In this document: in pieces, positions 16,078 through 25,698 of the stretch
Layout: the number at the start of each line of letters is the position of its first letter
Position numbering within the stretch: the stretch's first letter is position 1
Source of the DNA: a virus
Taxonomy: Duplodnaviria; Caudoviricetes
Length of the DNA stretch: 28,272 nucleotides
IMG/VR virus record: IMGVR_UViG_3300039216_000004
Coordinates: 1-28,272 of that record
Direction: 5' to 3' (one strand)
The notes under the pieces: model-generated
Database searches by the model: none
What the model saw: only the letters and a program-made list of their open reading frames with translations
What the model was told of the DNA's origin: nothing
Program-made: the position numbers and the translations under genes

Positions 16078-16530
16078 ATGATCAATGTTACGAGTTCCGA
16101 CGCAATAAAAATAGATGGCCGCCTCATCACGGGATTTGCCGACGAGGACAATGCCAAGATAACCTTCCCAAATGATTTGTCCAATCAGTCAACGGGTAAG
16201 GACGGCAATGCAATTATCGCCTATATGCCCAAAGGTTTAAATGGTGAGTTAGAAATGCGCCTGTTGTCCGGGTGTGCGGATGACAAGTTCTTAAACGCGC
16301 GTTTGACGTCGTATAATAATAACCCTGCCACATTCGCTTTGATGACGCTTGAATTTGACAAGATCATTGGTGACGGAAGTGGCGATGCTGTAACGACCAT
16401 AGTTTATTTAGGCCAGGGCGGTTCTTTCAAGAAACAACCGGAAGTATTGGAAAATCAGAGCGGAGAAACAAAACAGGCCGTGACGATATGGAATCTTAAA
16501 TTCATATCCATTACCAGGAGCATAGAATAA
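16078..16530 (+). CDS. Tail tube protein
   Basis: Follows sheath; 150 aa; IDGRLITGFAD and GKDG motifs. Confidence 0.82.
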   Translation: MINVTSSDAIKIDGRLITGFADEDNAKITFPNDLSNQSTGKDGNAIIAYMPKGLNGELEMRLLSGCADDKFLNARLTSYNNNPATFALMTLEFDKIIGDGSGDAVTTIVYLGQGGSFKKQPEVLENQSGETKQAVTIWNLKFISITRSIE

Positions 16531-16928
16531 TGGGAAAAATTATCCACCTCAGTTCAGGGGCCGAACTGGACATCACGATGGCCTCGTTTGAAGAAGCAGA
16601 TGTTTTGTTGGATGCGGTACTTAAAGAAGTCGAGGGCATTAACGTGACCAGTAAAGATGATCACATTAATGTCTTAAAGAATATTTTTACCAGGGCTAAA
16701 TTATCACCGGCGATCAAAGCAGCGCTTAAGCCTTGCCTGGACCGTACCACCTATAACAAGGTCAAGCTCATTAATAATGACATCTTTGAGGACGAGAAAA
16801 ATAGGCGCGATTATCTGATTGTCCTAAAGGAGGTGCTGGAATATAACCTGACCCCTTTTTTCGCAAGCCTTATTTCGTCGTTCTCGGTTTTAGAAAGCAA
16901 AATAAAGGAATTCCAAAAACCAAGATAA
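16530..16928 (+). CDS. Tail assembly chaperone (G)
   Basis: Between tube and tape measure; slippery site near the 3' end. Confidence 0.78.
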   Translation: MGKIIHLSSGAELDITMASFEEADVLLDAVLKEVEGINVTSKDDHINVLKNIFTRAKLSPAIKAALKPCLDRTTYNKVKLINNDIFEDEKNRRDYLIVLKEVLEYNLTPFFASLISSFSVLESKIKEFQKPR

Positions 16929-17113
16929 CCGCGCCAGAGCAGACCTTGATCAAGGCAAAACTGGCAAAGGTTTGGGGATGCAAGCCAGGAGAAGTGTTAA
17001 AAGAGCAGACGGACGATGTGATCACGGCGCTGGAATACGAGAAGTTCATGGGCGATTACGAAGCAATGTCATATCAAATAACAGCGGAGATGAGAGATAA
17101 TGGAAATAGGTGA
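16853..17113 (+). CDS. -1 frameshift extension of the tail chaperone (GT)
   Basis: Slippery C CCT TTT TTC at 16853-16862; the -1 frame is open for 86 codons to TGA 17111-17113. Confidence 0.72.
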   Translation, partial: PFFRKPYFVVLGFRKQNKGIPKTKITAPEQTLIKAKLAKVWGCKPGEVLKEQTDDVITALEYEKFMGDYEAMSYQITAEMRDNGNR

Positions 17114-18122
17114 GCTGCTCGTAAATTTGGGATTCAAGGCTGACACCACTAAGCTCCGTGATTTTATCCATGATATTGGTGACCTCAACCTTTCATCGAT
17201 CGTGGCCGCATCTGGCCTAGGAGGTATCCTAGACGGCATCAAGAATATCATGGAAGCCGCCAATAAGACCTCTCTCGCATTAAACAATTTCCACGCCTTA
17301 ACCGGATTATCCTCCCAAGAATTGCAGGCATGGGACCTGGCCGCGCAAAAGGCAGGTCTTTCATCTGGCCTAATGGCAAGCACCATTAATGGCTTACAGG
17401 ACCGAATAGAGAATCTAAAGCGCACGGGTGAAGGTGGCGCTTTCTTTGCGGCATTTGGAATTGATCCGACCAAGAGCAATGATACATTCACTGTGCTCTC
17501 CGCTATAGGTGACAAATTAAAAGGTATGTCGATTCCCGAACAAAAGTGGATGTTGACTAAATTCGGCCTTCCAGAGGAGCTTGTCCAGGTTATTCCATTA
17601 CTGGACACAATTGACATGTCGTATACTTCTTCACAAAAAAGTTTGGATTCAATGAAGAACTTTTGGAAAGAGATTCACCAGACCACCTATGATTTTAGCA
17701 TTTTAATAACTGATATCGGGGCGGTTTTAGAGAATTCTTTTGTGGGCAATATCCTTAAAGGATTAGACGGAATGATTAAATTTTTAGACCAAGCACAAGT
17801 TCTGTACCCTCTCTTGGGGGCAATAGCTGGCATAATGGGCGTTATGGCTGTGCGCATGGCATGGATTGCCGGGAGCGCTTTAATCGCAGCTTTGCCAGCA
17901 TTACTGACCAACCCTCTCGCTTTAGGGGCACTAGCGGGCATCGTGGGGGGCGGTATTTATGGGGCAATGCAAGGTAACACTGATAACAGTCAGGATATTA
18001 CCATGCACAACAACGTCACGATAAACGGCGATTCAGCAGAAAACAATATGAAGGCATACGATAACTGGTATCAGGAAAAATTGCAAACAGCCAGTGATCA
18101 GAACCCTTTAGGTAATTATTAA
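17100..18122 (+). CDS. Tape measure protein (short, 340 aa)
   Basis: MEIGELLVNLGF start, helical A/G-rich body, hydrophobic segment, HNNVTING C-terminal motif. Confidence 0.8.
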   Translation: MEIGELLVNLGFKADTTKLRDFIHDIGDLNLSSIVAASGLGGILDGIKNIMEAANKTSLALNNFHALTGLSSQELQAWDLAAQKAGLSSGLMASTINGLQDRIENLKRTGEGGAFFAAFGIDPTKSNDTFTVLSAIGDKLKGMSIPEQKWMLTKFGLPEELVQVIPLLDTIDMSYTSSQKSLDSMKNFWKEIHQTTYDFSILITDIGAVLENSFVGNILKGLDGMIKFLDQAQVLYPLLGAIAGIMGVMAVRMAWIAGSALIAALPALLTNPLALGALAGIVGGGIYGAMQGNTDNSQDITMHNNVTINGDSAENNMKAYDNWYQEKLQTASDQNPLGNY

Positions 18123-18123
18123 A

Positions 18124-19116
18124 ATGGGCACAATAAATTTAAATCTTAATTCATCTTTAGCATCATCAATACAGTCCACAGCAAATCTTATTAGCAGCGT
18201 GGTCAATGGATTTGTTGTATCTCCAAACGATGCGCCTTTGGGCGTTTCTGGATTTGTTTTCAATATCATCGACGACGAAGAGATGGTTGTAGATAGCGAC
18301 GTAACGGATCACTTTGTTGAGCAGAACTATTCCATTCAGGATCATATCGCCTTAAAGCCAATAAGGTTTACGCTTAAAGGTTTTCAGGGGGAATTAAATT
18401 ATGTTCTGAACTCCGATGATTCTTCTAGTTTGAATGTTGCATCTGTATTATCCGCTTTGAGTGATATTTCTCCTGTATTCAATGCCCAGGATGGACAAGT
18501 CTACTCATCCATTGCAGAAGAAACGGCTCAGGCTGCGGACGTGATAAGCAATGTGCAGAGCCTTTCTTCTCTAATTAGCGACTTAAGCACAGTCCAGACA
18601 AACCAGCAGACCGCGTTTAATTTCTTTTTGAACATGAGGAATAATCGTCAGTTGGTTACAATCCAAACGCCGTATGGCCTTTTAACAAACTATGTCGTTG
18701 AGAACTTTAGATCGATGCAGCCGGGTGATAGCCGGTTTATGAGCCGGTTCACAGTGACTTTTAAAGAGATCAAGGTGGTGAGTACTTCGACTGCCCCCAC
18801 GACTCAAAGCCCAAATACGGCTGGATCGGGAACACAAACGAGTACGGACACAACGCAAGCAGACACGACATCAACGGGCACCACGGTACCAGCACAATCT
18901 CAGGTAACAAGTACCAATGTGTCAATGGTTTCAGATGCCACTTCTGGCAGACTTACCGACATGACTGCGACAACGGTAGACGCGGGACAGACTGCCGGGG
19001 TGACAGCCGTACCAGACACAACACCCACAGAAGCGGTGAACGTGGATAATATATTTCCGACGACAAGTCCGGTGTTTCAAACATTGGCCTTGCAACCAGT
19101 AACACCCATGCTATGA
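18124..19116 (+). CDS. Dit-like baseplate / tube initiator protein with Thr-rich tail
   Basis: SDVTDHFVE..SIQDHIALKP, VTIQTPYG and FTVTFKEI motifs. Confidence 0.75.
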   Translation: MGTINLNLNSSLASSIQSTANLISSVVNGFVVSPNDAPLGVSGFVFNIIDDEEMVVDSDVTDHFVEQNYSIQDHIALKPIRFTLKGFQGELNYVLNSDDSSSLNVASVLSALSDISPVFNAQDGQVYSSIAEETAQAADVISNVQSLSSLISDLSTVQTNQQTAFNFFLNMRNNRQLVTIQTPYGLLTNYVVENFRSMQPGDSRFMSRFTVTFKEIKVVSTSTAPTTQSPNTAGSGTQTSTDTTQADTTSTGTTVPAQSQVTSTNVSMVSDATSGRLTDMTATTVDAGQTAGVTAVPDTTPTEAVNVDNIFPTTSPVFQTLALQPVTPML

Positions 19117-19496
19117 CACTTATTGATAACATAACAGCACAACCAAGCCAGAAAATGAATTTGATATTGCCAGACAATACGATCATATCTGACTTTTATT
19201 TGACCTACATGGACGACAATCAAGGATGGTTCTTTGGATTAACTTATGGCACGTTTGTAATAAACAATATGCGTTTAGTTGTTAATCCAAATATTCTGCG
19301 TGCTTTTAACAGAGTTATACCGTTCAGTTTGGGAGTTGATACCACCGACGGGTACGAGAATTTATTTATAAATGATTTTAGTACAAGAAGGGCATCTCTT
19401 TATTTATTAGATGCTGATGATATCACTGAGGTCGAATCAAGGCTAGATCCCGGTTATAACGCATTAACGCCAGGATTTATTCCCTGGGGGAATTGA
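19113..19496 (+). CDS. Baseplate plug-like protein
   Basis: Small beta-rich gene between the Dit-like and hub genes. Confidence 0.6.
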   Translation: MTLIDNITAQPSQKMNLILPDNTIISDFYLTYMDDNQGWFFGLTYGTFVINNMRLVVNPNILRAFNRVIPFSLGVDTTDGYENLFINDFSTRRASLYLLDADDITEVESRLDPGYNALTPGFIPWGN

Positions 19497-19500
19497 AATA

Positions 19501-20394
19501 ATGTCAGTTAAATGGGGACGCAATTATCAATTATGTATTCAACGTCAGGATGGACAAATTCAGCAGATCAATTATCCTCTGACGCTAGAATTCAATATTG
19601 TAAGGTATCCCTACAGCTCAACAAACACTGGAACATTCAGGGTATACAACTTGAACCCTGACACACGGCAGGCAATTTATAGGGACCGGTACGATTGGAA
19701 TACAAATCGTTCTTTGACATTAGCAGCAGGGTATGGAGATTCAAACCTTCCTTTTATATTTAAAGGCAAGTGTTACCAGGCTTATTCATGGCGAGAATCC
19801 GGGCGTGTGGATTACATCACAGAGATCATGGGCAATGACATGTTTACAATGGTGACGGCCTTCTCAAACACGACATTGCAGGGGAATCGACCGAAGCAGG
19901 CGATAGTAAATAATTTAGTTAATACTTTGACTGGCACTGATTCAAACCTGGGAGTTGGGTATATCTCTCCCGTGTCAGGAAGTTACGCAAGGGGGCGGAC
20001 ATTGTTTGGTCCCACATGGTCACTTTTGCAGCAAGAAACAGGGAAAAACGCTTTTATTGATAATGGACTGATCCATGTTTTAAGTCCGAGTGAATACTTT
20101 GTGGGTGGGATTACGATTATAGATTCATCAACCGGCCTCTTGTCAACACCCAAGAAAGCCGAATCTTGGCTAACTGTAGACATTCTATTTGAGCCAAATA
20201 TCAATATCGGACAGCAGATTCAGTTAAAAAGCTCGTACACGGTTTATAACGGGGTTTATAAGGTCATGGGATTAGAACACCGTGGGATTATATCGGGAGC
20301 GGTAAACGGGAAATGCGTCACTAAATTATTCCTTTTAATACCGCCGGGCAAATGGAAGCAGATCATTAACAAAGGACTACCAAAGGTTTCATAA
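19501..20394 (+). CDS. Baseplate hub protein (gp27/Mu gp44-like)
   Basis: FRVYNLN, LAAGYG, TGLLSTP and GVYKV..LEHRG motifs. Confidence 0.8.
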   Translation: MSVKWGRNYQLCIQRQDGQIQQINYPLTLEFNIVRYPYSSTNTGTFRVYNLNPDTRQAIYRDRYDWNTNRSLTLAAGYGDSNLPFIFKGKCYQAYSWRESGRVDYITEIMGNDMFTMVTAFSNTTLQGNRPKQAIVNNLVNTLTGTDSNLGVGYISPVSGSYARGRTLFGPTWSLLQQETGKNAFIDNGLIHVLSPSEYFVGGITIIDSSTGLLSTPKKAESWLTVDILFEPNINIGQQIQLKSSYTVYNGVYKVMGLEHRGIISGAVNGKCVTKLFLLIPPGKWKQIINKGLPKVS

Positions 20395-20946
20395 ATGGGA
20401 AATAACGCTAAATTCGTACCACAAGACATGGCCTCTTACATTTTTGACCGCAAGGATGACATTAAGCGCGAGATCAACTGTATTGCGATTGGATCAGTTG
20501 ATTCCTACGATAGCGCAGATCAGACGGTCAATGTCAAGGTAAACTACCTGAGGACAATCTACGGGGCTGTTCCGGTAGGTGCTCCAAGCAATGATCAGGC
20601 CACAGATAAGAAAGTGCCGTACCCGCTATTAGTGAAATGCCCTTTGATGATCCTTTCGGGTGGATCGGGTTATTTGACAATTACCCCGGCCCAGGGCGAT
20701 AAATGCGTCATACTCTTTAATGATCGGGATATTGATACCTGGTGGACCACGGGAAGCCCTAACTCGGCTCCGAATAGTACCAGAGTCCACGATCTGAATG
20801 ACGCTTTAGTATTTATAGGGGTAAGACCTCAGAATAATCCGATTCCTTTTTTCAATGGATTGAAGCTGGCTTTCGGGTCAGGATCATTAACGATTGATCC
20901 ATTGGGCAACATTACTATAACCGGGACTAGCATAAACTTAATATGA
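20395..20946 (+). CDS. Baseplate central spike (Gp138/gpV-type OB fold)
   Basis: GDKCVILFNDRDIDTWW and RVHDLNDA motifs; short beta C-terminus. Confidence 0.82.
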   Translation: MGNNAKFVPQDMASYIFDRKDDIKREINCIAIGSVDSYDSADQTVNVKVNYLRTIYGAVPVGAPSNDQATDKKVPYPLLVKCPLMILSGGSGYLTITPAQGDKCVILFNDRDIDTWWTTGSPNSAPNSTRVHDLNDALVFIGVRPQNNPIPFFNGLKLAFGSGSLTIDPLGNITITGTSINLI

Positions 20947-21218
20947 GCGCACAACCGATAGCGGTTTTAGGGGATGGCAGTTCACATGGGGGAGTCCTGA
21001 TAACCAGTAATCAGGATGGTACCGTTAAGTTAAGGGGTACGGCAATTTGTGTAGATCTGTGTTTACATTCGTGCCCAATTCCGTACCACGGAACAACCCC
21101 AGTAACGGCGATCACGATGGTAGGCCATGTGCAAGGAAAAAAGATAGTTACATCCGGGGCGGTGGCTGGATGTGGGGCAATAATTATAGCAAGTAACGCG
21201 GGGGTTAATTCGGCATGA
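20943..21218 (+). CDS. PAAR-domain spike tip protein
   Basis: IAVLGDGSSHGG...HSCP..HG...GCGAIII. Confidence 0.85.
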   Translation: MSAQPIAVLGDGSSHGGVLITSNQDGTVKLRGTAICVDLCLHSCPIPYHGTTPVTAITMVGHVQGKKIVTSGAVAGCGAIIIASNAGVNSA

Positions 21219-21583
21219 TAATAAGATCTTTGGATTCTAACGGGGACTGGAATATGGGACATGGCAAGAGTGATTTCTTGTCCGGGCAGAAAGCGGTAGC
21301 CTTGAACATTCAGACCAGGCTTCTCAGCTTTCTCGGAAATTGCCCGTGGGATATGAAGGCAGGTATTGACTGGATTACTCTCCTAGGCAAGAGCAATACA
21401 GCCACGCAGATACAGCTGAATGTGCGTACGAGAATACTGCAATCTTACGGGGTACTGAGGATCAATAGCCTTTCGGCATCTTTTAAAAATAGAGTGCTGT
21501 CTTTGAGTTTTAACATTAATACCAAGTTCACCAGTAATTTTTCTCAGAAATTGGAAAATATCATTAACCCAACGGGTGCATAA
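21215..21583 (+). CDS. Baseplate wedge / sheath initiator (gp25/Mu gp46-like)
   Basis: RSLDSNGDW, IQTRLLSFLG..PWD..AGIDW motifs. Confidence 0.78.
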   Translation: MIIRSLDSNGDWNMGHGKSDFLSGQKAVALNIQTRLLSFLGNCPWDMKAGIDWITLLGKSNTATQIQLNVRTRILQSYGVLRINSLSASFKNRVLSLSFNINTKFTSNFSQKLENIINPTGA

Positions 21584-21584
21584 A

Positions 21585-22775
21585 ATGGGACAAAACACGA
21601 TAGACGCAAACGGAATAACGATCCAAACATATACTGAAATCCTAAACGATATCACCAATGGGACAGACAGTACACCGGGATGGATAACAATTTATGGAAG
21701 TGATATTAACCTTGATTCAAATTCCCCAGACGGTCAGATAGTCAATCTGATGGCATTATCCAAAGAGGACATGCTGCAATTCGGGGTAGGCATCTATAAC
21801 GCCTTTAACCCTGACTTGGCAGTTGGTCAGGCTTTGGATGGGGTGGCGCAGTACAACGGCATTACGCGCAAGGGTGGCACGTATACCCAGACGCAGGTGG
21901 TAGTTACTACGAATCAGTCCGTAACGCTTAACGGCAACGATCAGAGCGCGTCAACTCCTTTCACCATCGAAGATGGGAATGGAAATCAGCTTTATTTAAT
22001 TACTACCGTAACCATCGGAAGCGGAACCAGTACGCTAAATTTCCAAGCTGCAAATATGGGTTTTGTCCAGATCGTGCAGAATACGGTGACGGCCATTGTT
22101 ACGCCCCAGACCGGAGTATTGGCCGTGAATAATCCAAGTACCCCTTACAACTATGGGGCAGACCAAGAGACGGACGCGCAGTTTAGACTGCGACGGCAGC
22201 AATCTACTGCAGGATTGTCTACCCATAAAGCCCAAGCTCTCTATACTGCCCTCAATAATATCGTAGGTGTTGAGCAAGCCGTGGTTTATGAGAATAACAC
22301 CGGCGTGTCAAACAGTATTGGTCTAGGCGCTCATTCAATCTGGGTTATTGTGGAAGGTGGTACTGCGCAAGAGATAGCCAATATGATTTATAATTATGTC
22401 GATTGCTGCGGAATGAAGGGGAGCACCGAAGTTGATATTGTCCAGCCGGTTGATGGCTCTCTTTATCCGGTATATTTTGACATTGCCCAACAACAAGTAT
22501 TGCAAATCTCATTGAATATCGAATCTTTATCAGGCAGCGCAATTAATAACGCGGCAATCCAAAGTTATCTACTAGACAATTATACCCTCGGAATTAATGA
22601 GGTAGCAGACATTACATCGATCACAGCACTTGTCAGGGCGTATAGTTCTGACCTCTTAGTAACTTTCGCAGGGGTTTCAATAAGCGCGGGAAGCTATACT
22701 GATTCAGTAAAACCAAGTGCGGTTATAAATTATTTTGTACTTTTAACGGGTAATATTTTAATTACGAATACGTAA
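21585..22775 (+). CDS. Baseplate J-like wedge protein
   Basis: SPDGQ, AVGQALD, ETDAQFRLR and HSIWVIVEGG motifs. Confidence 0.88.
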   Translation: MGQNTIDANGITIQTYTEILNDITNGTDSTPGWITIYGSDINLDSNSPDGQIVNLMALSKEDMLQFGVGIYNAFNPDLAVGQALDGVAQYNGITRKGGTYTQTQVVVTTNQSVTLNGNDQSASTPFTIEDGNGNQLYLITTVTIGSGTSTLNFQAANMGFVQIVQNTVTAIVTPQTGVLAVNNPSTPYNYGADQETDAQFRLRRQQSTAGLSTHKAQALYTALNNIVGVEQAVVYENNTGVSNSIGLGAHSIWVIVEGGTAQEIANMIYNYVDCCGMKGSTEVDIVQPVDGSLYPVYFDIAQQQVLQISLNIESLSGSAINNAAIQSYLLDNYTLGINEVADITSITALVRAYSSDLLVTFAGVSISAGSYTDSVKPSAVINYFVLLTGNILITNT

Positions 22776-22776
22776 A

Positions 22777-23520
22777 ATGACACCAGAAAAACTTACAGCG
22801 CTACAGAATTTTTACTCGGATTTATTAATCTACCAGTACCGAGGTATGCCAAAAGCGTATGCTACGATTCAAATGGTGGCTAATCAGTCTTTGTGTGATG
22901 GTCTATTCTTTGAGTTCCCGACGTCTTTTAATCTTGATACGGCAGTAGGGGCGCAGTTGACCATCATCGGAAAGATCGTGGGAGTGCCCAGGAATATATT
23001 TGGCATTAATCCGTGGGCAACGTATTTTAATTTTACCAGAGCAACTTTACCTAATCCGGCGAGTACAGGATTTAACCGGGCAACAACTCCTAGCGATGCT
23101 GATAATATTTTAAGAGCACAGGTACAAAATACTTATACCTGCACTGACTTTGAATTATTGAATTTGATAAAAATAAAGATTATTTACAATAACTGTTATT
23201 CGAGTTTTTCTCAATTAAAGAAAGCATTATGGAGTTACTTTGAAGGGGATATAGATATTATTTCCCCGGACAATGGAAAGACCTTCTTTAATTTTACAAG
23301 AGCAAATGGAACGCCAGCCAGCGTCGGGTTTAATAGAACAAATACTCACGTTGATGCCAACTACGTGATGAGAACGGTGCAGGGTGGCGGGGTTCAACCG
23401 TCGATTATGCAGATCAATTATTCAGTTAAGGAACCGTATTATGTGGTTATGACAATCGCTAATTTTTTAAATATTTTACCGCATAGTTGCGGCGTGGCTG
23501 TATCAGTGACACAATTATAA
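22777..23520 (+). CDS. Baseplate wedge protein (DUF2612, gpI-like)
   Basis: LLIYQY..PKA, LDTAVGAQL.IIGKIVG and LPHSCGV motifs. Confidence 0.82.
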   Translation: MTPEKLTALQNFYSDLLIYQYRGMPKAYATIQMVANQSLCDGLFFEFPTSFNLDTAVGAQLTIIGKIVGVPRNIFGINPWATYFNFTRATLPNPASTGFNRATTPSDADNILRAQVQNTYTCTDFELLNLIKIKIIYNNCYSSFSQLKKALWSYFEGDIDIISPDNGKTFFNFTRANGTPASVGFNRTNTHVDANYVMRTVQGGGVQPSIMQINYSVKEPYYVVMTIANFLNILPHSCGVAVSVTQL

Positions 23521-23540
23521 TTATATGAAAGGAAAATAAA

Positions 23541-24257
23541 ATGGCAACAAAATTAACTCGTCAAAAGTACATTCCATTTGGGAATACTGTCAACGCTGCT
23601 AGTGAAATATGTGAATTCGGCACACCAGCAACAGGGAGTCCGGTTTATACAAATGTGATCGCAACTCTGCAAGCGGGGGCGGCATGGCTTCGTGGCTTCG
23701 CGGCAGAAACCGTAGCAAACAATAGGCCCTTCTTGGAAGATTTCAATTGTATAGAATACGTGGTTGGATACATGCTCGGTTACATTTTCCAAATGGGCAT
23801 CCCCGAATACGATGCAGCGACGACATATTTTAACTATTCCATTTGCCAATATAACGGCATTATCTATCAATGCATCAACGATGGGGCCGGTGCTGGCATT
23901 TCTGGTTTCATTCCCACGAATACAACTTATTGGATAGTTGCAATAAATCCCGGTGTTAATTTCAATCTTAGCGGGAATCAGTTTGGGGCGTGGACAATTA
24001 TTTCAACAGGGACCGTATATCAAGCGTCAACAGATGGGGAGGTTCATTTTTGGGGCATTTCTGGTGGAAATGGAGTTCAATATGCTTCTATTTCAACGGA
24101 TTCATCTTCTAGTCCAAGCAGTGTAAAGCAACATGTAGGAACCGCTGATATAAATTATGCGGGATTCGTTTGTTCAGTAAAAAAAGGAGATTATTATATA
24201 ATTACTTCCGGATTCACTACAAGTAATACTGCTTTCTGGCTACCATCAGGATCTTAA
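23541..24257 (+). CDS. Short tail fibre protein
   Basis: Follows DUF2612; YIFQMGIPEYDAATTY anchor motif; beta-rich C-terminus. Confidence 0.72.
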   Translation: MATKLTRQKYIPFGNTVNAASEICEFGTPATGSPVYTNVIATLQAGAAWLRGFAAETVANNRPFLEDFNCIEYVVGYMLGYIFQMGIPEYDAATTYFNYSICQYNGIIYQCINDGAGAGISGFIPTNTTYWIVAINPGVNFNLSGNQFGAWTIISTGTVYQASTDGEVHFWGISGGNGVQYASISTDSSSSPSSVKQHVGTADINYAGFVCSVKKGDYYIITSGFTTSNTAFWLPSGS

Positions 24258-24270
24258 CAAGGAGGGCACA

Positions 24271-24591
24271 TTGAATATTTTAACAGGATTTGGTTATTAC
24301 GTTCAAAACGGTTTAAAGATTTCAAAATACGAATTGCCAGTAGGAAATCATCCAGACCCGGACACTGGGATAACCTTTGTTGAGGTGGCAAGTCAGGCAG
24401 CCTTAAATGCAATCGTGCTTGACACTATCCCATTGACGGTAGCTCAACAAAAGGCGCAAATCTTGGCAGAATTGGCCGATATTGACAGCAAATCAATACG
24501 GGCGATCAGGACAGGGGACACTGCACGGATGGCATCATGGGAAGCACAGGCGGCCACGTTAAGGACACAGTTAGCGGCATTAGGCAGTTAA
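24271..24591 (+). CDS. Tail fibre assembly chaperone-like protein
   Basis: TTG start with GGAGG SD; LADIDSKSIRAIR...LRTQLA helical tail. Confidence 0.62.
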   Translation: MNILTGFGYYVQNGLKISKYELPVGNHPDPDTGITFVEVASQAALNAIVLDTIPLTVAQQKAQILAELADIDSKSIRAIRTGDTARMASWEAQAATLRTQLAALGS

Positions 24592-24610
24592 TCACTGGAA
24601 GGGGCAACGC

Positions 24611-24967
24611 ATGGAGATTATCCCTTTTGAAATGCATATTGGTGAGGATTTCTACTTACCGATTTTATATGAGTTTGAAGTCTGCGGGGTAGACTATTCA
24701 CTTGATCTTTCTGGTTATGCGGTTGAAATGCAAGTGGGTAACGGGATATTTACTCCGTCGGGTAATATCATTGTAGATGTGTCAACCGCTAACGGTAACA
24801 TCATTCTTGATGGGCCGGAGGGAAAGATTAACATTTATATTCCTAATTCTATCTCCTCAACTTTGATTCCCGGTGTTTATGATTACGGCGTAAAAGTTAC
24901 TAATGCGGTGGGTCTTGTAGAACGTCTAATCGGAGCGCAAAACCAATTTAAGATAAAGGCATGGTGA
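24611..24967 (+). CDS. Ig-like (BppU-like) tail adaptor protein
   Basis: LDLSGY..EMQV, GKINIYI and PGVYDYGV pattern. Confidence 0.6.
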   Translation: MEIIPFEMHIGEDFYLPILYEFEVCGVDYSLDLSGYAVEMQVGNGIFTPSGNIIVDVSTANGNIILDGPEGKINIYIPNSISSTLIPGVYDYGVKVTNAVGLVERLIGAQNQFKIKAW

Positions 24968-24970
24968 GAT

Positions 24971-25486
24971 ATGGCTAATGAAGGAATCGTTATTATAAAG
25001 AGGGACAATATCATCAAGGTCAAGTCAGCCTTCCCGATATTCCCTAACTTCCAGAACTTCTCATTAATCGCCACGGGTGGGCAGACTGTTTTTACTTTGC
25101 CGGCCTATCCGATATTGACCGGCCTATTTTCTCTAAATATTAATGGCACGATGCAAGATGAGTTGAATGGTGATTATACGATAAGCGGGAATGTCTTGAC
25201 GGTGAATGCCGTATTATCAGCAGGTGACAAGCTCGCGGGATTCTTTCAGGCCATGAGCCAGAATCTTAACCCTTCAGTGCTTAATTATCGGACATTCTTC
25301 TTTACCGCCACGCAAGGCCAGACGATCTTTAATATTGGATTTATTCCTACGGCAATTATTTATGTGGCTGTAAACGGGACAATTCAGGCCGTTGGTGAGG
25401 GTGATTATACAGTCAATGGAGCACTAATCACCATGAGCGCGGGACTCAATGCTGGTGACAAATTCTTTGGATTGGCAACGCAATGA
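24971..25486 (+). CDS. Tail-associated protein with two ATxGQTxF beta-domains
   Basis: Two copies of ATxGQTxF...NGTxQ...GDYTxxG..LxAGD. Confidence 0.7.
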   Translation: MANEGIVIIKRDNIIKVKSAFPIFPNFQNFSLIATGGQTVFTLPAYPILTGLFSLNINGTMQDELNGDYTISGNVLTVNAVLSAGDKLAGFFQAMSQNLNPSVLNYRTFFFTATQGQTIFNIGFIPTAIIYVAVNGTIQAVGEGDYTVNGALITMSAGLNAGDKFFGLATQ

Positions 25487-25698
25487 AAATGCAAAACTTT
25501 ACATTTACGGCAACGGTTCATGGTCAAACAGTATTTGGGCCGATATTCCTTAATGACGCGCCTTCTGCCGTTGTAGGGGTTAACGGAACAATGCAAAACG
25601 CCATGACCGGTGATTTCTCGATCACGGGCGGTCTTTATATCACATTGTCAGAGGGCGTTGACCTTGGCGATGTGGTCTATGGGAGTATCTGGATATGA
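25483..25698 (+). CDS. Single ATxxGQTxF beta-domain protein
   Basis: Paralogous to the repeats in 24971-25486. Confidence 0.65.
   Translation: MKMQNFTFTATVHGQTVFGPIFLNDAPSAVVGVNGTMQNAMTGDFSITGGLYITLSEGVDLGDVVYGSIWI

Noticed and set aside
14916-24591. Tailocin/eCIS/T6SS interpretation of the sheath, tube, spike and PAAR genes
   Set aside because: A complete head, packaging and replication gene set is linked, so this is a phage
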